A program made the position numbers and the translations under genes. 64,000 nucleotides of DNA. Source: Eledone cirrhosa. Its lineage: Eukaryota. The notes under the pieces were generated by a model. It was not told the origin of the DNA. It saw nothing but the letters and a program-made list of their open reading frames with translations, and made no database searches. The DNA lies in NCBI GenBank assembly GCA_964016885.1, contig OZ024741.1:25482001-25546000 (forward strand), read 5' to 3'. Within the stretch, counting starts at the first letter, position 1, and each line of letters opens with the position of its first letter. Shown here piece by piece: positions 26,941 to 40,245 of this stretch.

Positions 26941-27795
26941 AATAAAAGACACTGTCTATGTTGTTTAACCCTTTCATTACCATATTTCTAATAAAAGACA
27001 CTGCCTATGTTGTTTAACACTTTTATTACCATATTTCTAATAAAAGACACTGTCTATGTTGTTTAACCCTTTCGTTACCATATTTCTAATAGAAGACACT
27101 GTCTATGTTGTTTAACCCTTTCATTACCATATTTCTAATAAAAGACACTGTCTATGTTGTTTAACCCTTTCATTACCATATTTCTAATAAAAGACACTGT
27201 CTATGATGTTTAACCATTTCATTATCATATTTCTAATAAAAGACACTGTCTATGTTGTTTAACCCTTTCATTACCATATTTCTAATAAAAGACACTGTCT
27301 ATGTTGTTTAACCCTTTAATTACCATGTTTCTAATAAAAGACACTGTCTATGTTGTTTAACCCTTTCATTACCATATTTCTAAGAAAAGACACTGTCTAT
27401 GTTGTTTAACCCTTTCATTACCATATTTCTAATAAAAGACACTGTCTATGTTGTTTAACCCTTTTATTACCATATTTCTAATAAAAGACACTGTCTATGT
27501 TGTTTAACCCTTTCATTACCATATTTCTAATAGAAGACACTGTCTATGTTGTTTAACCCTTTCATTATCATATTTCTAATAAAAGACACTGTCTATGTTG
27601 TTTAACCCTTTCATTATCATATTTCTAATAAAAGACGCTGTCTTTTTTAGTTTAACCCTTTCATTACCATATTTCTAACAAAAGACACTGTTTATGTTGT
27701 TTAACCCTTTCGTTTACATATTTCTAATAAAAGACACTGTCTATGTTGTTTAACCCTTTCATTACCATATTTCTAATAAAAGACACTGTCTATGT

Positions 27796-30700
27796 TGTTT
27801 AACCCTTTCATTACCATATTTTTAATAAAAGACACTGTCTATGTTGTTTAAACCTTTCATTACCAAATTTCTAATAAAAGACACTGTCCATGTTGTTTAA
27901 CCCTTTCATTACCATATTTCTAATAAAAGACACTGTCTATGTTGTTTAACCCTTTCATTACCATATTTCTAATAAAAGACACTGTCTATGTTGTTTAACC
28001 CTTTCATTACCATGTTTCTAATAAAAGACACTGTCTATGTTGTTTAACCCTTTCATTACCATATTTCTAAGAAAAGACAGTCTATGTTGTTTAACCCTTT
28101 CATTATCATATTTCTAATAAAAGACACTGTCTATGTTGTTTAACCCATTCATCACCATATTTCTAATAAAAGACACTGTCTATGTTGTTTAACCCTTTCA
28201 TTACCATATTTCTAATAAAAGACAGTATGTTGTTTAACCCTTTCATTATCATATTTCTAATAAAAGACACTGTCTATGTTGTTTAACCCTTTCATTACCA
28301 TATTTCTAATAAAAGACACTGTCTATGTTGTTTAACCCTTTCATTACCATATTTCTAATAAAAGACACTGTCTATGTTGTTTAACCCTTTCATTACCATA
28401 TTTCTAATAAAAGACACTGTCTATGTTGTTTAACCCTTTCATTACCATATTTCTAATAAAAGACACTGTCTATGTTGTTTAACCCTTTCATTACCATATT
28501 TCTAATAAAAGACACTGTCTATGTTGTTTAACCCTTTCATTACCATATTTCTAATAAAAGACACTGTCTATGTTGTTTAACCCTTTCATTACCATGTTTC
28601 TAATAAAAGACACTGTCTATGTTGTTTAACCCTTTCATTACCATATTTCTAAGAAAAGACAGTCTATGTTGTTTAACCCTTTCATTATCATATTTCTAAT
28701 AAAAGACACTGTCTATGTTGTTTAACCCTTTCATTATCATATTTCTAATAAAAGACACTGTCTATGTTGTTTAACCCTTTCATTACCATATTTCTAATAA
28801 AAGACACTGTCTATGTTGTTTAACCCTTTCATTACCATATTTCTAATAAAAGACACTGTCCATGTTATTTAACCCTTTCATTACCATATTTCTAATAAAA
28901 GACACTGTCTATGTTGTTTAACCCTTTCATTACCATATTTCTAATAAAAGACAGTATGTTGTTTAACCCTTTCATTATCATATTTCTAATAAAAGACACT
29001 GTCTATGTTGTTTAACCCTTTCATTACAATATTTCTAATAAAAGACGCTGTCTTTTTTAGTTTAACCCTTTCATTACCATATTTCTAACAAAAGACACTG
29101 TTTATGTTGTTTAACCCTTTCATTACCATATTTCTAATAAAAGACAGTATGTTGTTTAACCCTTTCATTATCATATTTCTAATAAAAGACACTGTCTATG
29201 TTGTTTAACCCTTTCGTTTACATATTTCTAATAAAAGACACTGTCTATGTTGTTTAACCCTTTCATTACCATATTTCTAATAAAAGACACTGTCTATGTT
29301 GTTTAACCCTTTCATTACCATATTTCTAATAAAAGACACTGTCTATGTTGTTTAACCCATTCATCACCATATTTCTAATAAAAGACACTGTCTATGTTGT
29401 TTAACCCTTTCATTACCATATTTCTAAGAAAAGACACTGTCTATGTTGTTTAACCTTTTCATTACCATATTTCTAATAAAAGACAGTATGTTGTTTAACC
29501 CTTTCATTATCATATTTCTAATAAAAGACACTGTCTATGTTGTTTAACCCTTTCATTATCATATTTCTAATAAAAGACACTGTCTATGTTGTTTAACCCT
29601 TTCATTACCATATTTCTAATAAAAGACACTGTCTATGTTGTTTAACCCTTTCATTACCATATTTCTAATAAAAGACACTGTCTATGTTGTTTAACCCTTT
29701 CATTACCATATTTCTAATAAAAGAAAGTATGTTGTTTAACCCTTTCATTATCATATTTCTAATAAAAGACACTGTCTATGTTGTTTAACCCTTTCATTAC
29801 CATATTTCTAATAAAAGACGCTGTCTATGGTGTTTAACCCTTTCATTACCATATTTCTAATAAAAGACACTGTCTATGTTGTTTAACCCTTTCATTACCA
29901 TATTTCTAATAAAAGACACTGTCTATGTTGTTTAACCCTTTCATTACCATATTTCTAATAAAAGACACTGTCTATGTTGTTTAACCCTTTCATTATCATA
30001 TTTCTAATAAAAGACACTGTCTATGTTGTTTAACCCTTTCATTACCATATTTCTAATAAAAGACGCTGTCTATGTTGTTTAACCCTTTCATTACCATATT
30101 TCTAATAAAAGACACTGTCTATGTTGTTTAACCCTTTCATTACCATATTTCTAATAAAAGACACTGTCTATGTTGTTTAACCCTTTCATTACCATATTTC
30201 TAATAAAAGACACTGTCTATGTTGTTTAACCCTTTCATTATCATATTTCTAATAAAAGACACTGTCTATGTTGTTTAACTTTTCATTACCATATTTCTAA
30301 TAAAAGACACTGTCTATGTTGTTTAACCCTTTCATTACCATATTTCTAAGAAAAGACACTGTCTATGTTGTTTAACCCTTTCATTACCATATTTCTAATA
30401 AAAGACACTGTCTATGTTGTTTAACCCTTTTATTACCATATTTCTAATAAAAGACACTGTCTATGTTGTTTAACCCTTTCATTACCATATTTCTAATAGA
30501 AGACACTGTCTATGTTGTTTAACCCTTTCATTATCATATTTCTAATAAAAGACACTGTCTATGTTGTTTAACCCTTTCATTATCATATTTCTAATAAAAG
30601 ACGCTGTCTTTTTTAGTTTAACCCTTTCATTACCATCATTACCATATTTCTAATAAAAGACAGTATGTTGTTTAACCCTTTCATTATCATATTTCTAATA

Positions 30701-33700
30701 AAAGACACTGTCTATGTTGTTTAACCCTTTCGTTTACATATTTCTAATAAAAGACACTGTCTATGTTGTTTAACCCTTTCATTACCATATTTCTAATAAA
30801 AGACACTGTCTATGTTGTTTAACCCTTTCATTACCATATTTCTAATAAAAGACACTGTCTATGTTGTTTAACCCTTTCATTACCATATTTCTAATAAAAG
30901 ACACTGTCTATGTTGTTTAACTCTTTCATTACCATATTTCTAATAAAACACACCGTCTATGTTGTTTAACCCTTTCATTACCATATTTCTAAGAAAAGAC
31001 ACTGTCTATGTTGTTTAACCCTTTTATTACCATATTTCTAATAAAAGACAGTCTATGTTGTTTAACCCTTTCATTACCATATTTCTAATAAAAGACACTG
31101 TCTATGTTGTTTAACTCTTTCATTACCATATTTCTAATAAAAGACACCGTCTATGTTGTTTAACCCTTTCATTATTATATTTCTAATAAAAGACACTGTC
31201 TATGTTGTTTAACCCTTTCATTACCATATTTCTAATAGAAGACACTGTCTATGTTGTTTAACCCTTTCATTATCATATTTCTAATAAAAGACACTGTCTA
31301 TGTTGTTTAACCCTTTCATTATCATATTTCTAATAAAAGATGCTGTCTTTTTTAGTTTAACCCTTTCATTACCATATTTCTAACAAAAGACACTGTTTAT
31401 GTTGTTTAACCCTTTCATTACCATATTTCTAATAAAAGACAGTATGTTGTTTAACCTTTTCATTATCATATTTCTAATAAAAGACACTGTCTGTGTTGTT
31501 TAACCCTTTCATTATCATATTTCTAATAAAAGACACTGTCTATGTTGTTTAACCCTTTCATTACCATATTTCTAATAAAAGACAGTCTATGTTGTTTAAC
31601 CCTTTCATTACCATATTTCTAATAAAAGACACTGTCTATGTTGTTTAACCCTTTCATTAGCATATTTCTAATAAAAGACACTGTCTATGTTGTTTAACCC
31701 TTTCATTACCATATTTCTAATAAAAGACACTGTCTATGTTGTTTAACCCTTTCATTACCATATTTCTAATAAAAGACACTGTCTATGTTGTTTAACCCTT
31801 TCATTACCATATTTCTAATAAAAGACAGTATGTTGTTTAACCCTTTCATTATCATATTTCTAATAAAAGACACTGTCTATGTTGTTTAACCCTTTCATTA
31901 CCATATTTCTAATAAAAGACACTGTCTATGTTGTTTAACCCTTTCATTACCATATTTCTAATAAAAGACACTGTCTATGTTGTTTAACCCTTTCATTACC
32001 ATATTTCTAATAAAAGACACTGTCTATGTTGGTTAACCCTTTTATTACCATATTTCTAATAAAAGACACTGTCTATGTTGTTTAACCCTTTCGTTACCAT
32101 ATTTCTAATAGAAGACACTGTCTATGTTTTTTAACCCTTTCATTATCATATTTCTAATAAAAGACACTGTCTATGTTGTTTAACCCTTTCATTATCATAT
32201 TTCTAATGAAAGACGCTGTCTTTTTTAGTTTAACCCTTTCATTACCATATTTCTAACAAAAGACACTGTCTATGTTGTTTAACCCTTTCATTACCATATT
32301 TCTAATAAAAGACACTGTCTATGTTGTTTAACCCTATCATTACCATATTTCTAATAAAAGACACTGTCTATGTTGTTTAACCCTTTCATTACCATATTTC
32401 TAAGAAAAGACACTGTCTATGTTGTTTAACCCTTTTATTACCATATTTCTAATAAAAGACAGTCTATGTTGTTTAACCCTTTCATTACCATATTTCTAAT
32501 AAAAGACACTGTCTATGTTGTTTAACCCTTTCATTACCATGTTTCTAATAAAAGACACTGTCTATGTTGTTTAACCCTTTCATTACCATATTTCTAAGAA
32601 AAGACAGTCTATGTTGTTTAACCCTTTCATTATCATATTTCTAATAAAAGACACTGTCTATGTTGTTTAACCCTTTCATTATCATATTTCTAATAAAAGA
32701 CACTGTCTATGTTGTTTAACCCTTTCATTACCATATTTCTAATAAAAGACACTGTCTATGTTGTTTAACCCTTTCATTACCATATTTCTAATAAAAGACA
32801 CTGTCCATGTTATTTAACCCTTTCATTACCATATTTCTAATAAAAGACACTGTCTATGTTGTTTAACCCTTTCATTACCATATTTCTAATAAAAGACAGT
32901 ATGTTGTTTAACCCTTTCATTATCATATTTCTAATAAAAGACACTGTCTATGTTGTTTAACCCTTTCATTACAATATTTCTAATAAAAGACGCTGTCTTT
33001 TTTAGTTTAACCCTTTCATTACCATATTTCTAACAAAAGACACTGTTTATGTTGTTTAACCCTTTCATTACCATATTTCTAATAAAAGACAGTATGTTGT
33101 TTAACCCTTTCATTATCATATTTCTAATAAAAGACACTGTCTATGTTGTTTAACCCTTTCGTTTACATATTTCTAATAAAAGACACTGTCTATGTTGTTT
33201 AACCCTTTCATTACCATATTTCTAATAAAAGACACTGTCTATGTTGTTTAACCCTTTCATTACCATATTTCTAATAAAAGACACTGTCTATGTTGTTTAA
33301 CCCATTCATCACCATATTTCTAATAAAAGACACTGTCTATGTTGTTTAACCCTTTCATTACCATATTTCTAAGAAAAGACACTGTCTATGTTGTTTAACC
33401 TTTTCATTACCATATTTCTAATAAAAGACAGTATGTTGTTTAACCCTTTCATTATCATATTTCTAATAAAAGACACTGTCTATGTTGTTTAACCCTTTCA
33501 TTATCATATTTCTAATAAAAGACACTGTCTATGTTGTTTAACCCTTTCATTACCATATTTCTAATAAAAGACACTGTCTATGTTGTTTAACCCTTTCATT
33601 ACCATATTTCTAATAAAAGACACTGTCTATGTTGTTTAACCCTTTCATTACCATATTTCTAATAAAAGAAAGTATGTTGTTTAACCCTTTCATTATCATA

Positions 33701-36700
33701 TTTCTAATAAAAGACACTGTCTATGTTGTTTAACCCTTTCATTACCATATTTCTAATAAAAGACGCTGTCTATGGTGTTTAACCCTTTCATTACCATATT
33801 TCTAATAAAAGACACTGTCTATGTTGTTTAACCCTTTCATTACCATATTTCTAATAAAAGACACTGTCTATGTTGTTTAACCCTTTCATTACCATATTTC
33901 TAATAAAAGACACTGTCTATGTTGTTTAACCCTTTCATTATCATATTTCTAATAAAAGACACTGTCTATGTTGTTTAACCCTTTCATTACCATATTTCTA
34001 ATAAAAGACGCTGTCTATGTTGTTTAACCCTTTCATTACCATATTTTTAATAAAAGACACTGTCTATGTTGTTTAAACCTTTCATTACCAAATTTCTAAT
34101 AAAAGACACTGTCCATGTTGTTTAACCCTTTCATTACCATATTTCTAATAAAAGACACTGTCTATGTTGTTTAACCCTTTCATTACCATATTTCTAATAA
34201 AAGACACTGTCTATGTTGTTTAACCCTTTCATTACCATGTTTCTAATAAAAGACACTGTCTATGTTGTTTAACCCTTTCATTACCATATTTCTAAGAAAA
34301 GACAGTCTATGTTGTTTAACCCTTTCATTATCATATTTCTAATAAAAGACACTGTCTATGTTGTTTAACCCATTCATCACCATATTTCTAATAAAAGACA
34401 CTGTCTATGTTGTTTAACCCTTTCATTACCATATTTCTAATAAAAGACAGTATGTTGTTTAACCCTTTCATTATCATATTTCTAATAAAAGACACTGTCT
34501 ATGTTGTTTAACCCTTTCATTACCATATTTCTAATAAAAGACACTGTCTATGTTGTTTAACCCTTTCATTACCATATTTCTAATAAAAGACACTGTCTAT
34601 GTTGTTTAACCCTTTCATTACCATATTTCTAATAAAAGACACTGTCTATGTTGTTTAACCCTTTCATTACCATATTTCTAATAAAAGACACTGTCTATGT
34701 TGTTTAACCCTTTCATTACCATATTTCTAATAAAAGACACTGTCTATGTTGTTTAACCCTTTCATTACCATATTTCTAATAAAAGACACTGTCTATGTTG
34801 TTTAACCCTTTCATTACCATGTTTCTAATAAAAGACACTGTCTATGTTGTTTAACCCTTTCATTACCATATTTCTAAGAAAAGACAGTCTATGTTGTTTA
34901 ACCCTTTCATTATCATATTTCTAATAAAAGACACTGTCTATGTTGTTTAACCCTTTCATTATCATATTTCTAATAAAAGACACTGTCTATGTTGTTTAAC
35001 CCTTTCATTACCATATTTCTAATAAAAGACACTGTCTATGTTGTTTAACCCTTTCATTACCATATTTCTAATAAAAGACACTGTCCATGTTATTTAACCC
35101 TTTCATTACCATATTTCTAATAAAAGACACTGTCTATGTTGTTTAACCCTTTCATTACCATATTTCTAATAAAAGACAGTATGTTGTTTAACCCTTTCAT
35201 TATCATATTTCTAATAAAAGACACTGTCTATGTTGTTTAACCCTTTCATTACAATATTTCTAATAAAAGACGCTGTCTTTTTTAGTTTAACCCTTTCATT
35301 ACCATATTTCTAACAAAAGACACTGTTTATGTTGTTTAACCCTTTCATTACCATATTTCTAATAAAAGACAGTATGTTGTTTAACCCTTTCATTATCATA
35401 TTTCTAATAAAAGACACTGTCTATGTTGTTTAACCCTTTCGTTTACATATTTCTAATAAAAGACACTGTCTATGTTGTTTAACCCTTTCATTACCATATT
35501 TCTAATAAAAGACACTGTCTATGTTGTTTAACCCTTTCATTACCATATTTCTAATAAAAGACACTGTCTATGTTGTTTAACCCATTCATCACCATATTTC
35601 TAATAAAAGACACTGTCTATGTTGTTTAACCCTTTCATTACCATATTTCTAAGAAAAGACACTGTCTATGTTGTTTAACCTTTTCATTACCATATTTCTA
35701 ATAAAAGACAGTATGTTGTTTAACCCTTTCATTATCATATTTCTAATAAAAGACACTGTCTATGTTGTTTAACCCTTTCATTATCATATTTCTAATAAAA
35801 GACACTGTCTATGTTGTTTAACCCTTTCATTACCATATTTCTAATAAAAGACACTGTCTATGTTGTTTAACCCTTTCATTACCATATTTCTAATAAAAGA
35901 CACTGTCTATGTTGTTTAACCCTTTCATTACCATATTTCTAATAAAAGAAAGTATGTTGTTTAACCCTTTCATTATCATATTTCTAATAAAAGACACTGT
36001 CTATGTTGTTTAACCCTTTCATTACCATATTTCTAATAAAAGACGCTGTCTATGGTGTTTAACCCTTTCATTACCATATTTCTAATAAAAGACACTGTCT
36101 ATGTTGTTTAACCCTTTCATTACCATATTTCTAATAAAAGACACTGTCTATGTTGTTTAACCCTTTCATTACCATATTTCTAATAAAAGACACTGTCTAT
36201 GTTGTTTAACCCTTTCATTATCATATTTCTAATAAAAGACACTGTCTATGTTGTTTAACCCTTTCATTACCATATTTCTAATAAAAGACGCTGTCTATGT
36301 TGTTTAACCCTTTCATTACCATATTTCTAATAAAAGACACTGTCTATGTTGTTTAACCCTTTCATTACCATATTTCTAATAAAAGACACTGTCTATGTTG
36401 TTTAACCCTTTCATTACCATATTTCTAATAAAAGACACTGTCTATGTTGTTTAACCCTTTCATTATCATATTTCTAATAAAAGACACTATCTATGTTGTT
36501 TAACTTTTCATTACCATATTTCTAATAAAAGACACTGTCTATGTTGTTTAACCCTTTCATTACCATATTTCTAAGAAAAGACACTGTCTATGTTGTTTAA
36601 CCCTTTCATTACCATATTTCTAATAAAAGACACTGTCTATGTTGTTTAACCCTTTTATTACCATATTTCTAATAAAAGACACTGTCTATGTTGTTTAACC

Positions 36701-39700
36701 CTTTCATTACCATATTTCTAATAGAAGACACTGTCTATGTTGTTTAACCCTTTCATTATCATATTTCTAATAAAAGACACTGTCTATGTTGTTTAACCCT
36801 TTCATTATCATATTTCTAATAAAAGACGCTGTCTTTTTTAGTTTAACCCTTTCATTACCATCATTACCATATTTCTAATAAAAGACAGTATGTTGTTTAA
36901 CCCTTTCATTATCATATTTCTAATAAAAGACACTGTCTATGTTGTTTAACCCTTTCGTTTACATATTTCTAATAAAAGACACTGTCTATGTTGTTTAACC
37001 CTTTCATTACCATATTTCTAATAAAAGACACTGTCTATGTTGTTTAACCCTTTCATTACCATATTTCTAATAAAAGACACTGTCTATGTTGTTTAACCCT
37101 TTCATTACCATATTTCTAATAAAAGACACTGTCTATGTTGTTTAACTCTTTCATTACCATATTTCTAATAAAACACACCGTCTATGTTGTTTAACCCTTT
37201 CATTACCATATTTCTAAGAAAAGACACTGTCTATGTTGTTTAACCCTTTTATTACCATATTTCTAATAAAAGACAGTCTATGTTGTTTAACCCTTTCATT
37301 ACCATATTTCTAATAAAAGACACTGTCTATGTTGTTTAACTCTTTCATTACCATATTTCTAATAAAAGACACCGTCTATGTTGTTTAACCCTTTCATTAT
37401 TATATTTCTAATAAAAGACACTGTCTATGTTGTTTAACCCTTTCATTACCATATTTCTAATAGAAGACACTGTCTATGTTGTTTAACCCTTTCATTATCA
37501 TATTTCTAATAAAAGACACTGTCTATGTTGTTTAACCCTTTCATTATCATATTTCTAATAAAAGATGCTGTCTTTTTTAGTTTAACCCTTTCATTACCAT
37601 ATTTCTAACAAAAGACACTGTTTATGTTGTTTAACCCTTTCATTACCATATTTCTAATAAAAGACAGTATGTTGTTTAACCTTTTCATTATCATATTTCT
37701 AATAAAAGACACTGTCTGTGTTGTTTAACCCTTTCATTATCATATTTCTAATAAAAGACACTGTCTATGTTGTTTAACCCTTTCATTACCATATTTCTAA
37801 TAAAAGACAGTCTATGTTGTTTAACCCTTTCATTACCATATTTCTAATAAAAGACACTGTCTATGTTGTTTAACCCTTTCATTAGCATATTTCTAATAAA
37901 AGACACTGTCTATGTTGTTTAACCCTTTCATTACCATATTTCTAATAAAAGACACTGTCTATGTTGTTTAACCCTTTCATTACCATATTTCTAATAAAAG
38001 ACACTGTCTATGTTGTTTAACCCTTTCATTACCATATTTCTAATAAAAGACAGTATGTTGTTTAACCCTTTCATTATCATATTTCTAATAAAAGACACTG
38101 TCTATGTTGTTTAACCCTTTCATTACCATATTTCTAATAAAAGACACTGTCTATGTTGTTTAACCCTTTCATTACCATATTTCTAATAAAAGACACTGTC
38201 TATGTTGTTTAACCCTTTCATTACCATATTTCTAATAAAAGACACTGTCTATGTTGGTTAACCCTTTTATTACCATATTTCTAATAAAAGACACTGTCTA
38301 TGTTGTTTAACCCTTTCGTTACCATATTTCTAATAGAAGACACTGTCTATGTTTTTTAACCCTTTCATTATCATATTTCTAATAAAAGACACTGTCTATG
38401 TTGTTTAACCCTTTCATTATCATATTTCTAATGAAAGACGCTGTCTTTTTTAGTTTAACCCTTTCATTACCATATTTCTAACAAAAGACACTGTCTATGT
38501 TGTTTAACCCTTTCATTACCATATTTCTAATAAAAGACACTGTCTATGTTGTTTAACCCTATCATTACCATATTTCTAATAAAAGACACTGTCTATGTTG
38601 TTTAACCCTTTCATTACCATATTTCTAAGAAAAGACACTGTCTATGTTGTTTAACCCTTTTATTACCATATTTCTAATAAAAGACAGTCTATGTTGTTTA
38701 ACCCTTTCATTACCATATTTCTAATAAAAGACACTGTCTATGTTGTTTAACCCTTTCATTACCATGTTTCTAATAAAAGACACTGTCTATGTTGTTTAAC
38801 CCTTTCATTACCATATTTCTAAGAAAAGACAGTCTATGTTGTTTAACCCTTTCATTATCATATTTCTAATAAAAGACACTGTCTATGTTGTTTAACCCTT
38901 TCATTATCATATTTCTAATAAAAGACACTGTCTATGTTGTTTAACCCTTTCATTACCATATTTCTAATAAAAGACACTGTCTATGTTGTTTAACCCTTTC
39001 ATTACCATATTTCTAATAAAAGACACTGTCCATGTTATTTAACCCTTTCATTACCATATTTCTAATAAAAGACACTGTCTATGTTGTTTAACCCTTTCAT
39101 TACCATATTTCTAATAAAAGACAGTATGTTGTTTAACCCTTTCATTATCATTTTTCTAATAAAAGACACTGTCTATGTTGTTTAACCCTTTCATTACAAT
39201 ATTTCTAATAAAAGACGCTGTCTTTTTTAGTTTAACCCTTTCATTACCATATTTCTAACAAAAGACACTGTTTATGTTGTTTAACCCTTTCATTACCATA
39301 TTTCTAATAAAAGACAGTATGTTGTTTAACCCTTTCATTATCATATTTCTAATAAAAGACACTGTCTATGTTGTTTAACCCTTTCGTTTACATATTTCTA
39401 ATAAAAGACACTGTCTATGTTGTTTAACCCTTTCATTACCATATTTCTAATAAAAGACACTGTCTATGTTGTTTAACCCTTTCATTACCATATTTCTAAT
39501 AAAAGACACTGTCTATGTTGTTTAACCCATTCATCACCATATTTCTAATAAAAGACACTGTCTATGTTGTTTAACCCTTTCATTACCATATTTCTAAGAA
39601 AAGACACTGTCTATGTTGTTTAACCTTTTCATTACCATATTTCTAATAAAAGACAGTATGTTGTTTAACCCTTTCATTATCATATTTCTAATAAAAGACA

Positions 39701-40245
39701 CTGTCTATGTTGTTTAACCCTTTCATTATCATATTTCTAATAAAAGACACTGTCTATGTTGTTTAACCCTTTCATTACCATATTTCTAATAAAAGACACT
39801 GTCTATGTTGTTTAACCCTTTCATTACCATATTTCTAATAAAAGACACTGTCTATGTTGTTTAACCCTTTCATTACCATATTTCTAATAAAAGAAAGTAT
39901 GTTGTTTAACCCTTTCATTATCATATTTCTAATAAAAGACACTGTCTATGTTGTTTAACCCTTTCATTACCATATTTCTAATAAAAGACGCTGTCTATGG
40001 TGTTTAACCCTTTCATTACCATATTTCTAATAAAAGACACTGTCTATGTTGTTTAACCCTTTCATTACCATATTTCTAATAAAAGACACTGTCTATGTTG
40101 TTTAACCCTTTCATTACCATATTTCTAATAAAAGACACTGTCTATGTTGTTTAACCCTTTCATTATCATATTTCTAATAAAAGACACTGTCTATGTTGTT
40201 TAACCCTTTCATTACCATATTTCTAATAAAAGACGCTGTCTATGT
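27796..40245. repeat. Near-identical tandem duplication of a 6,225-bp block
   Basis: Offset 6,225 for TTTAATAAAA 27821/34046, AAGAAAGTAT 29721/35946 and 33666/39891, TACCATCATT 30631/36856, and the G of ATTAGCAT 31660/37885. Confidence 0.9.
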
